DNA from: an uncultured Elusimicrobia bacterium
GTDB taxonomy: Bacteria > Elusimicrobiota > Elusimicrobia > Elusimicrobiales > UBA9959
Direction: 5' to 3'
Assembly (NCBI GenBank): GCA_903889965.1
Contig: CAISZM010000084.1
Coordinates: 15,503-79,502, forward strand
DNA length: 64,000 nt
Shown here: piece by piece, positions 8,880 through 24,090 of the stretch
How positions within the stretch are numbered: position 1 is the stretch's first letter
How the letters are laid out: every line of letters begins with the position of its first letter
Notes under the pieces: model-generated
Databases searched by the model: none
What the model was told of the DNA's origin: nothing
Seen by the model: the letters and a program-made list of their open reading frames with translations, nothing else
Translations under genes and position numbers: made by a program

Positions 8880-9799
8880 AAAAAACAAAGATAGATTACA
8901 CCGGCGAACCGCGGCGGCTGGATATTTTCCTGACGGAGTCGGGGGACAATTTTTCCCGCTCTTATTCCCGGCGCCTCATAGAGGACGGCCTGGTCACGGT
9001 CAACGGTAAAAAGAAAAAACCCGGCTACGTGCTCAACCCGGGCGACACCATCTCGCTTTCCACCCCCGACTCGGGGGAAAGGCAGGCCGGCTTCGAAGAC
9101 CTGGTTATCTTCGAGGACGCTTCGCTCATGGCGGTGAACAAACCGGCGGGCCTGGCCGTGCACCCGAATCCCGACAACTGGATGATAAACCCGCAGGCCT
9201 CCCTTCTGGGCGAGCCTACGCTGGCTTCTCTTATCTTTTCCGCCAGGCCGGAGATGGCCGGAGGCGGCCTGGAGCGCCTGGGCATGGTCCACCGCCTGGA
9301 CCGGGAAACCAGCGGTCTGATGCTTCTGGCCAAGACCCCGGAGGCGCAGACCGTCCTGAAAGAAGGCTTCAGGGAGCGGCTTATGGAAAAGACGTACATA
9401 GGCGTCGTGGCCGGTATCCCCGAAAAAAAGGGCCGCATTGACGCGCCCATAGGCCGTGCCAGCGGTTACAAGAAGATCAAGGTCTGGGAATACGGCCGGG
9501 ACGCACTGACCGAATACGTTTTAAAGGAGAAGGGCAAAGGCTGCGCGCTGCTGGAAATACACCCCCAGACCGGGCGCACCAACCAGATAAGGATACATCT
9601 GGCGCACATCGGCCACCCGATAATCGGCGACAAGCTTTACGGCGGCCCCGAGGCGCCCAGGATGCTGCTGCACTCGTTCAGCCTGGTCTTCACCCACCCG
9701 CTGACGGCCAAGCGGACGAGGCTCGAGGCCCCGTTGCCGGAGAACTTCAAGGAAGTATGGAAGGAAGTTAAGGCCGGCAGGCTGCCGGCTAAAATTTAG
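8876..9799 (+). CDS. rluD: RluA/RluD-family 23S rRNA pseudouridine synthase
   Basis: S4-like N-terminus, catalytic motif HRLDRETSGLMLLAK, and RTNQIRIHLAHIGHPIIGD. Confidence 0.85.
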   Translation: MKKTKIDYTGEPRRLDIFLTESGDNFSRSYSRRLIEDGLVTVNGKKKKPGYVLNPGDTISLSTPDSGERQAGFEDLVIFEDASLMAVNKPAGLAVHPNPDNWMINPQASLLGEPTLASLIFSARPEMAGGGLERLGMVHRLDRETSGLMLLAKTPEAQTVLKEGFRERLMEKTYIGVVAGIPEKKGRIDAPIGRASGYKKIKVWEYGRDALTEYVLKEKGKGCALLEIHPQTGRTNQIRIHLAHIGHPIIGDKLYGGPEAPRMLLHSFSLVFTHPLTAKRTRLEAPLPENFKEVWKEVKAGRLPAKI

Positions 9800-11396
9800 A
9801 CACCGAGGCGAAAACCCGGAAATCCAGCCGCGGAAAAACGCTGTTCTTCTGTTCCAGCTCGGCGAGCGCCGGCTCATCAATTTTTTTCTCTATGACCTCT
9901 GCCAGCAGCCTGACGGCGTTCGAGGCATGGTCCTCCAGCCGGCTCTTGGCGTATTCCGCGTGCGAACCTATGTAGAGCAGGAAAGCCCAGTCAGAGGACT
10001 GGGCGAGCAGGGTCTCTCGCGCCGCCTGGTTGAGCGCCCGGGCTGAAAGGCTGGGGACGTCCTGATTGCGGAAGCGGTTGGCCGTTTCTATCATCTTGTC
10101 GGTAGCCGAGTATACCGCAGGGTAGATAAAATCGTTGGTTTCGTTCACCCACGGGTCAAAATATCCGTTCTCCCCCCACGAAGAGACCCCGGGCATCAGC
10201 TCAGGCGGTTCCTGGCAGGAGTTCAAATATTCCGAAGGCATCACGAACTGCAGCGGCAGGCGCTCCTGGCGTATCTTCCTTATCACTTTCTCCAGGAAAG
10301 CCGGCCCCTCGAACCACCAGTGCCCGAACAGTTCCGCGTCGTAACAGCTGACGATAAGCGGGCCCGTGCCGCGCGCAGCGTAAAAATCTTCGGTCTGCTT
10401 CATGCGGCGGGCGAGGAAATCCGAGGCGTGGGCTTCGACGCGGGCCATGGCGGCTTCGGGGTCGTAATACTGCTTGGCCGCCAGGTCCGTGCCGGCGCCG
10501 GTTATCCTGTGGTACTTCAGCCCGAGGGGGCGCCGCACCCCGTCCGAACCGAGGTAAGGGCGGATATATTCGTAATCCCCGTCGTAGCCCAGGTCGCGGT
10601 AGAATTCACGGTAGGCCGGGTCGCCGGGGTAGCCGAACTTGGAACTCCAAACCTCGCGGGAGCTGGCCGCGTCGCGCGCGAAAACGCCTACGCCGTTAGG
10701 GGTGAGATAAGGCGAGTAAACCCCGCTTGGCGCCGAGGAGGCGGATAGGTCCACGGAATGCGATTCCGTGAATATGTAATTAAAACCGGAAAGTTTAAGA
10801 TAGGAATTCAGACGGGGCTCGTAAGCGCACTCGGGCAGCCAGAAGCCGGCCGGCTTCCTGTTGAAGCGGTCCATGTAATCATCGGCGGCCACCGCCAGCT
10901 GGGCGCGCACGGCCTCGGGCCTCGACAGCAGCGGCAGCACCGCGTGGGTAGCCGCGGTCGTTATTATCTCTATCTGCCCCGCGTGCTGCAGCGCCTTCAG
11001 CGGCGTTATCAGGTCGCCGCTGTACCTGTGCATCAGGACCGCGGCATCCTCGTAAAGTTTCTGGTAGAACCTGACCGTGCGGAGCAGGGCCGGGTCTCCC
11101 TGCGCGCGCGTCAGCTCCTTCTCGATAAGTTCAAGACGGGACTCGACGTAAAGCTGCAGTTTATTTTCCAGGGCCTCGTTCTCAAGCATGGCGCCCAGCG
11201 TGGGAGAAATAGAGATGGTTACACCCGGCCTGATGCCTTCGGCGGAGAGGCGCTCCAGCGCCGAGATCAAGGGCACGTAGGTTTCCACCACCGCCTCAAA
11301 GAACCAATTTTCCTCGAGGAAGCTGGAATCCTGCGGGTGGTTCACGTACGGGAGGTGCGCGTGAAGCAGGAACATCAGGGAGCCGCGGGAGCTCAT
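9789..11396 (-). CDS. glycoside hydrolase family 57 (1,4-alpha-glucan branching enzyme type)
   Basis: 535 aa. N-terminus LHAHLPYVNHPQ...NWFFEAVVETYVPLI and the downstream ELFGHWWFEG are typical of GH57 branching enzymes. Confidence 0.8.
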   Translation of the reverse strand: MSSRGSLMFLLHAHLPYVNHPQDSSFLEENWFFEAVVETYVPLISALERLSAEGIRPGVTISISPTLGAMLENEALENKLQLYVESRLELIEKELTRAQGDPALLRTVRFYQKLYEDAAVLMHRYSGDLITPLKALQHAGQIEIITTAATHAVLPLLSRPEAVRAQLAVAADDYMDRFNRKPAGFWLPECAYEPRLNSYLKLSGFNYIFTESHSVDLSASSAPSGVYSPYLTPNGVGVFARDAASSREVWSSKFGYPGDPAYREFYRDLGYDGDYEYIRPYLGSDGVRRPLGLKYHRITGAGTDLAAKQYYDPEAAMARVEAHASDFLARRMKQTEDFYAARGTGPLIVSCYDAELFGHWWFEGPAFLEKVIRKIRQERLPLQFVMPSEYLNSCQEPPELMPGVSSWGENGYFDPWVNETNDFIYPAVYSATDKMIETANRFRNQDVPSLSARALNQAARETLLAQSSDWAFLLYIGSHAEYAKSRLEDHASNAVRLLAEVIEKKIDEPALAELEQKNSVFPRLDFRVFASVSKF

Positions 11397-11782
11397 TGGA
11401 GCACCTTCTTGTGGAATTCAAGGCTGGCGTAGGCCCTGTCTTCGGCCATACCCGCGGCGCACGGGGGCGCGGCCTGGTTGGAGTCGAGCAGTTTTTCCCA
11501 GGCCCCGTTGCGGAAGGCGTAAAGCGCCGCCTGGCAGGTCCTCCCGGGGGCCGGCACAGGCAGATAACCGCGCCCGGCCTGCCAGGGGAACTTCATGGAG
11601 GAAGCGGGGGAATTATCGTCGGAAAATAAAAGTTTCAGCTCGATTTCAGGCTGGAACACGGAAGAGCGGAAGGCTTCGGAGCGGCCGGCGGAGAGCTGCC
11701 AGAAAACAAAGAACGACCCAGGATTCTTTGGCAGCAGCACCAGCCGGTCTTCGGCAGGCAATGGTCTTGAAAGCCCCGGCAT
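11393..11782 (-). CDS. DUF4912-like protein (commonly paired with GH57)
   Basis: 129 aa with LVLLPKNPGSFFVFWQLS. Translationally coupled to the GH57 gene by a 4 nt overlap. Confidence 0.55.
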   Translation of the reverse strand: MPGLSRPLPAEDRLVLLPKNPGSFFVFWQLSAGRSEAFRSSVFQPEIELKLLFSDDNSPASSMKFPWQAGRGYLPVPAPGRTCQAALYAFRNGAWEKLLDSNQAAPPCAAGMAEDRAYASLEFHKKVLQ

Positions 11783-11898
11783 ATTAAATATAATCTACTA
11801 AATTTCCCCGCGGTTAAAAACATTTTTTTGGCGGCGATTTTTTTATATCATATTATCACGGGGACACTCCCCGCGATTTTCCCCGGCAAGGAGCCACC

Positions 11899-12933
11899 AT
11901 GAAAGCAGTTACAAAAACCTCCCGTTCGCACGGAGCCGCCTACCGCAGCGCTGATGTGCCCGTAATAAACAGGGACGAACTGCTGATACGCGTCACCGCG
12001 GCCTCCATAAACCCCGGCGACCTTGCCATCTACAACTCGTCCGCCCCGGACTTTTCTCCCGCGCAGCTGCCTTTCATCTTCGGGCAGGAATTCTGCGGAG
12101 AGGTGGTGGAGATAGGATCTCTGGCCAAGGGTTTTGAAAAGGGCGACTTCGTCTCGGTAGAATCCCACATTTTCTGCGGCGTCTGCGGCCAGTGCCGCAA
12201 CGACCAGCGCCATATCTGCCAGAACCTGCGCGTTATAGGCCGCGATACGCAGGGCGGACTGGCCGAATACGCCGCCGTGCCGGCGCGCTGCTCCTGGAAA
12301 CACACCGACGACTCTTTGAAGGACATAGGCGCCGTAATGGGGCCCTTCGGCAGTTCTGTGCACGCGGTGCTGGCCGAAGACATAGTCGGCAGGACCGTTC
12401 TTATTTCCGGCTGCGCCCCGCAGGGGCTGTTCGCCGCCGGGATAGCCAAGGCCGGAGGCGCCAAGCGCGTGGTGGCGCTTGACGCTTCCAGTTACCGCAG
12501 GAAACTCGCGCTGAAGATGGGCGCCGACGCGGCCATCGATTCCTCGGGAAGCGACTGCCTCTCAAAGATCACAAAGACATGCGGTTCCGAAGGCGTCGAC
12601 GCCGTAATAGAGATGAGCGGCGGGGCCAAGGCGGTCTCGCTGGGACTTAAAGCGCTGCGCCCCGGGGGGCGTTTCGTGGCTTTCGGACTGCCTGTGACCA
12701 ACCTCAGCCTGGACTACGCAGGCGACATAGTGAGGCGCGGCATACGGCTTGAAGGCGTGGCCGGGAGAGAGATCTTCCGCAGCTGGTACAAGATGGAAAG
12801 CCTGCTCAAGTCGGGGGCGGTAGACCCCAGGCCCGCCATAACACACACCTTCCCGATGAAGGACTTTAAAAAAGCCTTCGCGCTGATCAATTCGAAGGAA
12901 AAGAATTGCGGCAAGATCATCCTCAAACCGTGA
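11899..12933 (+). CDS. tdh: L-threonine 3-dehydrogenase (Zn-dependent MDR alcohol dehydrogenase family)
   Basis: 344 aa with a structural-zinc Cys cluster (CGVCGQCRNDQRHIC), followed by kbl. AAGGAG RBS. Confidence 0.8.
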   Translation: MKAVTKTSRSHGAAYRSADVPVINRDELLIRVTAASINPGDLAIYNSSAPDFSPAQLPFIFGQEFCGEVVEIGSLAKGFEKGDFVSVESHIFCGVCGQCRNDQRHICQNLRVIGRDTQGGLAEYAAVPARCSWKHTDDSLKDIGAVMGPFGSSVHAVLAEDIVGRTVLISGCAPQGLFAAGIAKAGGAKRVVALDASSYRRKLALKMGADAAIDSSGSDCLSKITKTCGSEGVDAVIEMSGGAKAVSLGLKALRPGGRFVAFGLPVTNLSLDYAGDIVRRGIRLEGVAGREIFRSWYKMESLLKSGAVDPRPAITHTFPMKDFKKAFALINSKEKNCGKIILKP

Positions 12934-12974
12934 ACCGCAGCGGCAGGTAAAATATTCCCTAAGGAGACGAAACC

Positions 12975-14156
12975 ATGACTTTCGATACGTTAAAATTCGC
13001 GGACGAGGAAGTTGCCGCCCTAAAAAAAGAAAACCGCTTCATCCGGCCGCGCGTGCTTGAATCAGCGCAGGAGCCCGTATCCGTTATAGATGGCAGGAAG
13101 GTGGTCAACCTTACCTCCAACAACTACCTGGCGATGGCCAACAACCCCAGGGTAAAAAAAGCCGCCATCGAGGCGATAGAAAAATACGGCGTCGGCTCCG
13201 CCGCCGTGCGCACCATAATAGGCACGATGTCCCTGCACGAGGAACTGGAGGCCAAATTCGCGGCCTTCAAACACGCCGAGGCTTCCATACTGTTCCAGTC
13301 CGGATTTACTTCCAACGTGGCTGTGTGCCAGTCGGTGATGTCGAGCGAGGCCGACCTGCTCATATCCGACGAGCTCAACCACGCCTCCATCATAGACGGC
13401 GCGCGCCTCGCCAAGGCGCCGCGCAAGATATACCGCCACAAGGACATAAAGCACCTGACCGAGATACTAGAAACTCCGGAGGCCCGCAAAGCCAGGCGCA
13501 AGCTGGTGGTAACGGACGGCGTTTTTTCCATGGACGGCGACATCGCTAACCTCGACGAGGTCGTAACGGTCGCCCATAAGTACGGAGCCTTTGTGATGGT
13601 GGACGACGCGCACGCGAGCGGCGTAATAGGGAAAGAGGGCCGCGGCACCGTCAGCCATTTCGGGCTGGACGGCAAGGTGGAAATACAGATAGGTACGCTT
13701 TCGAAAGCCTTCGCTTCGGTCGGCGGCTACGCGGCCACGACCCGGAGCCTGAGGGATTACCTGGGCTCCGTGGCGCGGCCTTTCCTTTTCTCGAGTTCGC
13801 AGCCTCCGTCGGTGGTCGCCACCTCCCTGGCGGTGCTTGATATACTGCTCACCGAACCGGGGCACTTAAAGAACCTGTGGGACAACACGGCCTTCCTGAA
13901 AGAAGAGCTTAAAAAGGCCGGCTTCGACACCGGCGCTTCGGTCACTCCGATAACCCCCATAATGACGGCGAAGGCCGTGGAATTCTCGAACCGTCTTTTT
14001 GACGAGGGCGTGTTCGCGCTCGCCCTGGGCTTCCCCACCGTTCCCCGCGGCAAGGAGCGGCTGCGCACAATAGTCACCGCCGGCCACACGATAAAGGACC
14101 TGGAGCTGGCCGTTGAAAAATTCAGGAAAGTCGGAAAAGAGCTGAATATCATATAA
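12975..14156 (+). CDS. kbl: glycine C-acetyltransferase (2-amino-3-ketobutyrate CoA ligase)
   Basis: 393 aa alpha-oxoamine synthase with the PLP-lysine region TLSKAF and the DDAHASG motif. Forms a tdh-kbl pair. Confidence 0.85.
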   Translation: MTFDTLKFADEEVAALKKENRFIRPRVLESAQEPVSVIDGRKVVNLTSNNYLAMANNPRVKKAAIEAIEKYGVGSAAVRTIIGTMSLHEELEAKFAAFKHAEASILFQSGFTSNVAVCQSVMSSEADLLISDELNHASIIDGARLAKAPRKIYRHKDIKHLTEILETPEARKARRKLVVTDGVFSMDGDIANLDEVVTVAHKYGAFVMVDDAHASGVIGKEGRGTVSHFGLDGKVEIQIGTLSKAFASVGGYAATTRSLRDYLGSVARPFLFSSSQPPSVVATSLAVLDILLTEPGHLKNLWDNTAFLKEELKKAGFDTGASVTPITPIMTAKAVEFSNRLFDEGVFALALGFPTVPRGKERLRTIVTAGHTIKDLELAVEKFRKVGKELNII

Positions 14157-14165
14157 ACAACGACA

Positions 14166-14199
14166 GAACGGCCGCGGATCCTGATATCCGCGGCCGTTC
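14166..14199. terminator. bidirectional hairpin terminator between convergent kbl and purH
   Basis: Perfect 14-bp inverted repeat GAACGGCCGCGGAT / ATCCGCGGCCGTTC with a 6-nt loop. Confidence 0.6.
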
Positions 14200-14235
14200 A
14201 ATTTATTTCCCGCCCGCACTTTACCCTTAACGACC

Positions 14236-15735
14236 TCAGTGCCTGAAATGACGCAGACCGGCAAACAGCATGGCTGCGCTCCTGGAGTCGCACAGGCGGA
14301 CGCAATCCTCGTCATCCTGCCAACCGCCCGGCTGGATAACGGCGAGTACCCCTCCGGCAAGGGCCGCCTGCAGCGTTTTAAGCGGCAAGGCCGCGTCGGC
14401 GGCCATCACCAGCGGGCCCGCCCCCCTCAGTATCGAGCGCTTCTCGCGCATCTTCCACACCGCGCCGCGAACCGCGTCGTACGTCGAACTTTCCCCGGCG
14501 CTTACGGAGGCCGTACAGTTCCCTTCGGCAAGCACCACAGAATAGGTTTTTCCGTACTTGGCGGTTTTCCAGGCCAGCAGCAGCGAGCGCATTTCTTCTT
14601 CGGAAGGCTTCCGCCTGGTCGCGCAGACGGGCTCCTTAAGGAGAAGAAGATTGTCCTTGGACTCTATCAACACCCCGCCGGACACGGAATGCAGCTCGAC
14701 TTCATGCGGTGAAAGCACCGGCGCGCTCAGCTCGAGCACGCGCAAGCCTTCCTTTGAGCGCAGTATACCGATGGCCTCCCGGCTGTACCCCGGCGCCACC
14801 ACGCTTTCGATAAAAACATCTCTCAAAACTCCGGCGGCCTCGGCTTCCACCTGCCTGTTAAAAGCGGCCGTGCCCCCCACCGCCCCGGCAGGGTCCGCCC
14901 TGAGCGCCCCGCGCAGGCACTCCGCCTGTGTTCCGGCCGCGCAGACCCCGGCGGGCCTGGCGTGCTTTGAAATGACGCAGACCGGCTCGTCGAACTCCGA
15001 GGCGAGTTCGAAGGCCGTGTCCAGGTCCAGGTAGTGGTTAAGGTTAAAGTCCACGCCGCATACTATCCTTGCGGCGTTAAGCCCGCGCGGGCGCGCGCCG
15101 CTGAGGGCGTAAAAAGCGGCCTTCTGGTGACGGTTCTCGCCATAGCGGAGGTCGCTCACTTTTTTCAGACTCATCACTACTTCGTCGCCGAGCAGATCTC
15201 CCGGTTCGGAAAGGTACTGCGCCACGGTGGCGTCGTAGGCGGCCAGATACTGCCAGGTCCGGGCCGACAGCCGCTTTTTCTCCTCCGCCTCAAGACCGCC
15301 GTTTTTCGCAAGGGCACCGAGTACCGTGCCGTAATCGGCCGGGGTTGAAACGGTTATGATATTCTCGAAATCTTTAGCCGCGGCCCTGAGCACGGCGGAA
15401 TTTGACTGGTCGAGGTAATTGGGAAGTTCGCTGATGGCGAACTCTTCCTGCCCGACTATGCCGGCGATGGGGTAGAGATCGGCCGCCACCACAGAGAAAG
15501 CGGGGAGTTCAACGCCGTTCTCCGAGACGGCCGGGAAGAGGCCGGACAAGGCCTTGAGCACCGCGGAGGGGACCGGCGGGGAATAGCGGACCTCCTCCGC
15601 CTCTATGCCGGCCTCGTGCAGCAGTTTGTAAGTTGAACCGGAGGCGTAAAGGGCAAAACCCAGCTCTTCCAGGCCGCGGGCGAGATCTTCCAGGCCGGTT
15701 TTATCGTAAACGCTGAGGTAAGCGGTTTTGTCCAT
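14236..15735 (-). CDS. purH: bifunctional AICAR transformylase / IMP cyclohydrolase
   Basis: MGS-like N-terminus (YLSVYDKTGLEDLARGL) and C-terminus ...FAGLRHFRH. The start is taken at ATG 15735 (MDKT) rather than the upstream TTG. Confidence 0.9.
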   Translation of the reverse strand: MDKTAYLSVYDKTGLEDLARGLEELGFALYASGSTYKLLHEAGIEAEEVRYSPPVPSAVLKALSGLFPAVSENGVELPAFSVVAADLYPIAGIVGQEEFAISELPNYLDQSNSAVLRAAAKDFENIITVSTPADYGTVLGALAKNGGLEAEEKKRLSARTWQYLAAYDATVAQYLSEPGDLLGDEVVMSLKKVSDLRYGENRHQKAAFYALSGARPRGLNAARIVCGVDFNLNHYLDLDTAFELASEFDEPVCVISKHARPAGVCAAGTQAECLRGALRADPAGAVGGTAAFNRQVEAEAAGVLRDVFIESVVAPGYSREAIGILRSKEGLRVLELSAPVLSPHEVELHSVSGGVLIESKDNLLLLKEPVCATRRKPSEEEMRSLLLAWKTAKYGKTYSVVLAEGNCTASVSAGESSTYDAVRGAVWKMREKRSILRGAGPLVMAADAALPLKTLQAALAGGVLAVIQPGGWQDDEDCVRLCDSRSAAMLFAGLRHFRH

Positions 15736-15766
15736 ATCCGCGGAAGCAGGGGGCAAAGCGGAGCTG

Positions 15767-18263
<2,497 letters not shown>

Positions 18264-18387
18264 TATAAAGACCTTGTCCTGCGTATATAATACAAAATTT
18301 GCGCCCGGCGCGCCCGTTCGTTTGCCTTACCCGGCTATCTTTTGTAGACTCTTGGGGACGGGTAAAACGAAGAGTCCGGAGGGTAAA

Positions 18388-19149
18388 ATGGGTTATATGC
18401 CTTTGATAATAATAGTAGCGGTGCTTCTTTTCGCCAGCATAAAAGTGCTCAATGAATACGAGCGCGGTGTTACGCTGACCCTGGGCCGTTTCACCGGGGT
18501 AAAAGGCCCCGGCCTGATAATCCTTATCCCCGGCATCCAGCAGATGTTCCGGATGAGCACCCGCGTTGTGGTGCTGGATGTTCCGCCGCAGGATGTTATA
18601 ACCCGCGACAATATCTCCGTGAAGGTCAACGCCGTAATATATTTCCGGGTGGTAAACCCCCAGGCCGCGATCCTGAACGTAGAGAACTTTATGTACGCCA
18701 CCAGCCAGCTCGCCCAGACCACGCTCAGGAGCGTGCTCGGCCAGCAGGAACTGGACGACCTGCTTTCGAACCGCGACAAGATAAACCAGAACCTGCAGCA
18801 GATACTTGACCTGCATACCGAACCCTGGGGCATCAAGATCTCCAGCGTGGAAGTAAAGAACGTGGACCTGCCGCAGGAAATGCAGCGCGCCATAGCGAAA
18901 CAGGCCGAAGCCGAACGCGAACGCCGCGCCAAGGTGATACACGCCGAGGGCGAATTCCAGGCCGCGCAGAAACTCTCCGACGCCGCCGCCATCATGGCCG
19001 TCAATCCCGCCGCCATACAGCTGCGGTACCTGCAGACCCTGACGGAGATAGCCACCGACAATAACTCGACGACCATATTCCCCATACCCATAGACATGAT
19101 CAGCATGTTCATGAAGAAGGCCCTGAGCGAAGTAAAAGAAGTCAAATAA
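18388..19149 (+). CDS. SPFH/Band 7 (stomatin/slipin-like) membrane protein
   Basis: N-terminal TM helix, then [13 protein letters not shown]...[10 protein letters not shown] and an ERERRAKV coiled coil. The start is taken at ATG 18388 (MGYMPLIII). Confidence 0.85.
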   Translation: MGYMPLIIIVAVLLFASIKVLNEYERGVTLTLGRFTGVKGPGLIILIPGIQQMFRMSTRVVVLDVPPQDVITRDNISVKVNAVIYFRVVNPQAAILNVENFMYATSQLAQTTLRSVLGQQELDDLLSNRDKINQNLQQILDLHTEPWGIKISSVEVKNVDLPQEMQRAIAKQAEAERERRAKVIHAEGEFQAAQKLSDAAAIMAVNPAAIQLRYLQTLTEIATDNNSTTIFPIPIDMISMFMKKALSEVKEVK

Positions 19150-19174
19150 GGTAACGGCTATCGCGGACATAGAG

Positions 19175-19205
19175 GACGGGGGCGAAAAATTCGCTCCCGT
19201 CTTTT
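19175..19205 (+). terminator. rho-independent terminator after the Band 7 gene
   Basis: Stem GACGGGGGCG / CGCTCCCGTC (one G-U pair) followed by TTTT. Confidence 0.5.
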
Positions 19206-19245
19206 ATTCCCACCCGCTGCCTCATAGCTTCCGTATCACCTGACC

Positions 19246-20331
19246 ATGACGGGACTTTACGTACACATACCGTTCTGCCGCGCCAAGTGCGGCTACTGCG
19301 ACTTCGCCTCGGCCCCCGGTACTCCCGGGGAGATAGACGCCTTCCTAGACGCCCTGTCCGCCGAGGCCTCCCGCGCGCCGCGGCGCGCGTTCGACACGCT
19401 TTATATCGGCGGCGGCACGCCGAGCATTCTTTCGCCGGAGCAGCTTAAAAGGCTGTTCTGCGTCATCGAAACGCTGTCCGGCCCCGTGCACGCGCTGGCG
19501 GAAAGCACCTTCGAGGCCAACCCTGAAAGCATGGACGCCGGAAAAGCCGCCTTTATAAAAAGAAGCGGCATAAACCGCGTAAGCGTAGGCCTCCAGGCCG
19601 CCGACGACGGCCTGCTTAAGCGTCTTGGCAGAGTAGCCACCAGCGGGGATTTCCGCAGGGCCTACGGAGACCTGCGGGCCGCCGGCTTCGACAACATAAA
19701 CGCGGACCTGATGTGCGGCCTGCCCGGACAGACGGTTAAAGGTTTCATAAATTCGCTCTCCTGGCTGCTCGGGCTAAAACCGGAACACGTGTCGTTCTAC
19801 GCGCTTGAAGTACACGAAGGAACACCTTTCGCGGCAGCCGGGGTAAAAGAAGAGCCCGATGGGGCGGCCGACATGTACGAGGCCGGGGCCTCCGCCCTGA
19901 AGGCGGCAGGTCTCGACCGCTATGAGATCTCCAATTTCGCCCTTCCCGGCCGCCAATCGCTGCACAATCTGAACTACTGGGACCAGGGGGAATACCTTGG
20001 CCTGGGTCCCGCCGCGGCCTCCTACCTGGACGGCGAGAGACGCGCCAATACCAGCTCGACCCCGGAATACATAAAAGCAGCGCTGGCCGGGGAAAGCATA
20101 CCTCTTCAATACCGGGAAAAGCTTACCGGGCGCGCCAGGGAGGGCGAAAAGATAATGCTGGCCCTGCGCAAAACTTCCGGAATTGAACTGCCGGATGATA
20201 TATTTATAGAATCTAAAGAGGCGATAGACCGGCTCCTGAAGGCCGGTCTCATTGAAAAAAGCGGCCGTTTTATCAGGATAAAAGAGGACCGCCTTTACGT
20301 CGCCAACGCTGTTTTCCGCGAATTCGTGTAA
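19246..20331 (+). CDS. hemW: radical SAM heme chaperone HemW (HemN-like, oxygen-independent coproporphyrinogen oxidase family)
   Basis: CxxxCxxC motif in LYVHIPFCRAKCGYCDF. The 361 aa size is typical of HemW. Confidence 0.85.
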   Translation: MTGLYVHIPFCRAKCGYCDFASAPGTPGEIDAFLDALSAEASRAPRRAFDTLYIGGGTPSILSPEQLKRLFCVIETLSGPVHALAESTFEANPESMDAGKAAFIKRSGINRVSVGLQAADDGLLKRLGRVATSGDFRRAYGDLRAAGFDNINADLMCGLPGQTVKGFINSLSWLLGLKPEHVSFYALEVHEGTPFAAAGVKEEPDGAADMYEAGASALKAAGLDRYEISNFALPGRQSLHNLNYWDQGEYLGLGPAAASYLDGERRANTSSTPEYIKAALAGESIPLQYREKLTGRAREGEKIMLALRKTSGIELPDDIFIESKEAIDRLLKAGLIEKSGRFIRIKEDRLYVANAVFREFV

Positions 20332-20339
20332 GGAACACC

Positions 20340-23029
<2,690 letters not shown>

Positions 23030-23033
<4 letters not shown>

Positions 23034-23329
23034 GCGAAAGAAAATTCTGGATACGCAGGAGGCGCGATGTTTATTTCTTCAGCGGCCTGATAATAACCTG
23101 CATGTTCGGCAGCATGGTCTCCTCCTACTGGCATTACCTCGACCGCACCGCCGTGCACCGGCACATCAATATAAAAAAGACGCCGGCCCCCGCGGCCAGG
23201 GTGAGAAAGCTGCGTGAAGTGCAGTACACCCCGGCCAAGATCAAGGTCGGCACAACGCAGTATTACCACCTGGACGAAGGACCCGCGCCGGAAACGCCCC
23301 CGGCCCTGGAGGAAAATGGGAACAAATAA
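23030..23329 (+). CDS. small single-pass membrane protein, hypothetical
   Basis: 99 aa ORF whose GTG start overlaps the valS stop (GTGA). One TM helix (VYFFSGLIITCMFGSMVSSYW). No recognised family. Confidence 0.4.
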
Positions 23330-23948
23330 GCTGGCTCTTTTGCTGACGGTACTGTCTATCTGCGCTGCCGCAGCCCTCTCGCCGGCCCCCGCGGCCGCGC
23401 AGCTCGGAGCCGAGGGGCAGTCCTTCGATTATAATCCGGACAAAGATAAAACCACCCCGGAAGTGAAGACGGGCGCTATCGAAACCACATACGACGAGGA
23501 CGCGGAACTGGTCGACAGCCCCATGTACGGGACGTTAGTCCTCTCCAAGAACCGCTGGAAGAACTGGGTAGCCCGCGCCCTGTACCTGACCGTAATAAAC
23601 ATAGCCCTCATACTCATGGTATCGTTCCTTTCCAAATCCGACGAGCGCAACCTCATAATAGCTCACGTCGTGGCAGGGGCGAGTTTCGCCATATCTTTCT
23701 GGATCTTTTTGTGCGCGCTGCTTTTGATGAAGCTGAAGGCAGCGGCCTGGCTCTACGTGCTTCCTATCCCGCTGGTCACGCTGCTGGCGGGATACGCCGT
23801 GCTGCTTAAATTAAGAAAATCGGACATTTCCATGTCCGAACTCAAAGAATCCTTTCAAAAACTGAAAGCCACTTCAAAAGAGGACCAGCGCCTGATTTCC
23901 GTAGAAGGCTCCACCGGCGACTGGTCGGACCAGGATTTTATAAAGTAG
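23316..23948 (+). CDS. hypothetical membrane protein (signal peptide plus about 3 TM helices)
   Basis: The start is taken at ATG 23316 (MGTNKLALLLTVLSICAAAALSPAPAAAQ). The protein has an acidic exported segment, hydrophobic helices and a charged C-terminal tail. Confidence 0.55.
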   Translation: MGTNKLALLLTVLSICAAAALSPAPAAAQLGAEGQSFDYNPDKDKTTPEVKTGAIETTYDEDAELVDSPMYGTLVLSKNRWKNWVARALYLTVINIALILMVSFLSKSDERNLIIAHVVAGASFAISFWIFLCALLLMKLKAAAWLYVLPIPLVTLLAGYAVLLKLRKSDISMSELKESFQKLKATSKEDQRLISVEGSTGDWSDQDFIK

Positions 23949-24090
23949 ACGCGCGAGGTTCCGGCTTTTTGCGCAGCGCCGCCGCTCTGGCGATGCCGCT
24001 ATAACAACACAACACTGAGACGGCCGCGCATGAAGGCATCGCGCGCGGGCCGGCCTTTTGGCCCGGTATCCCGGGAACCCGGCTTCGCAG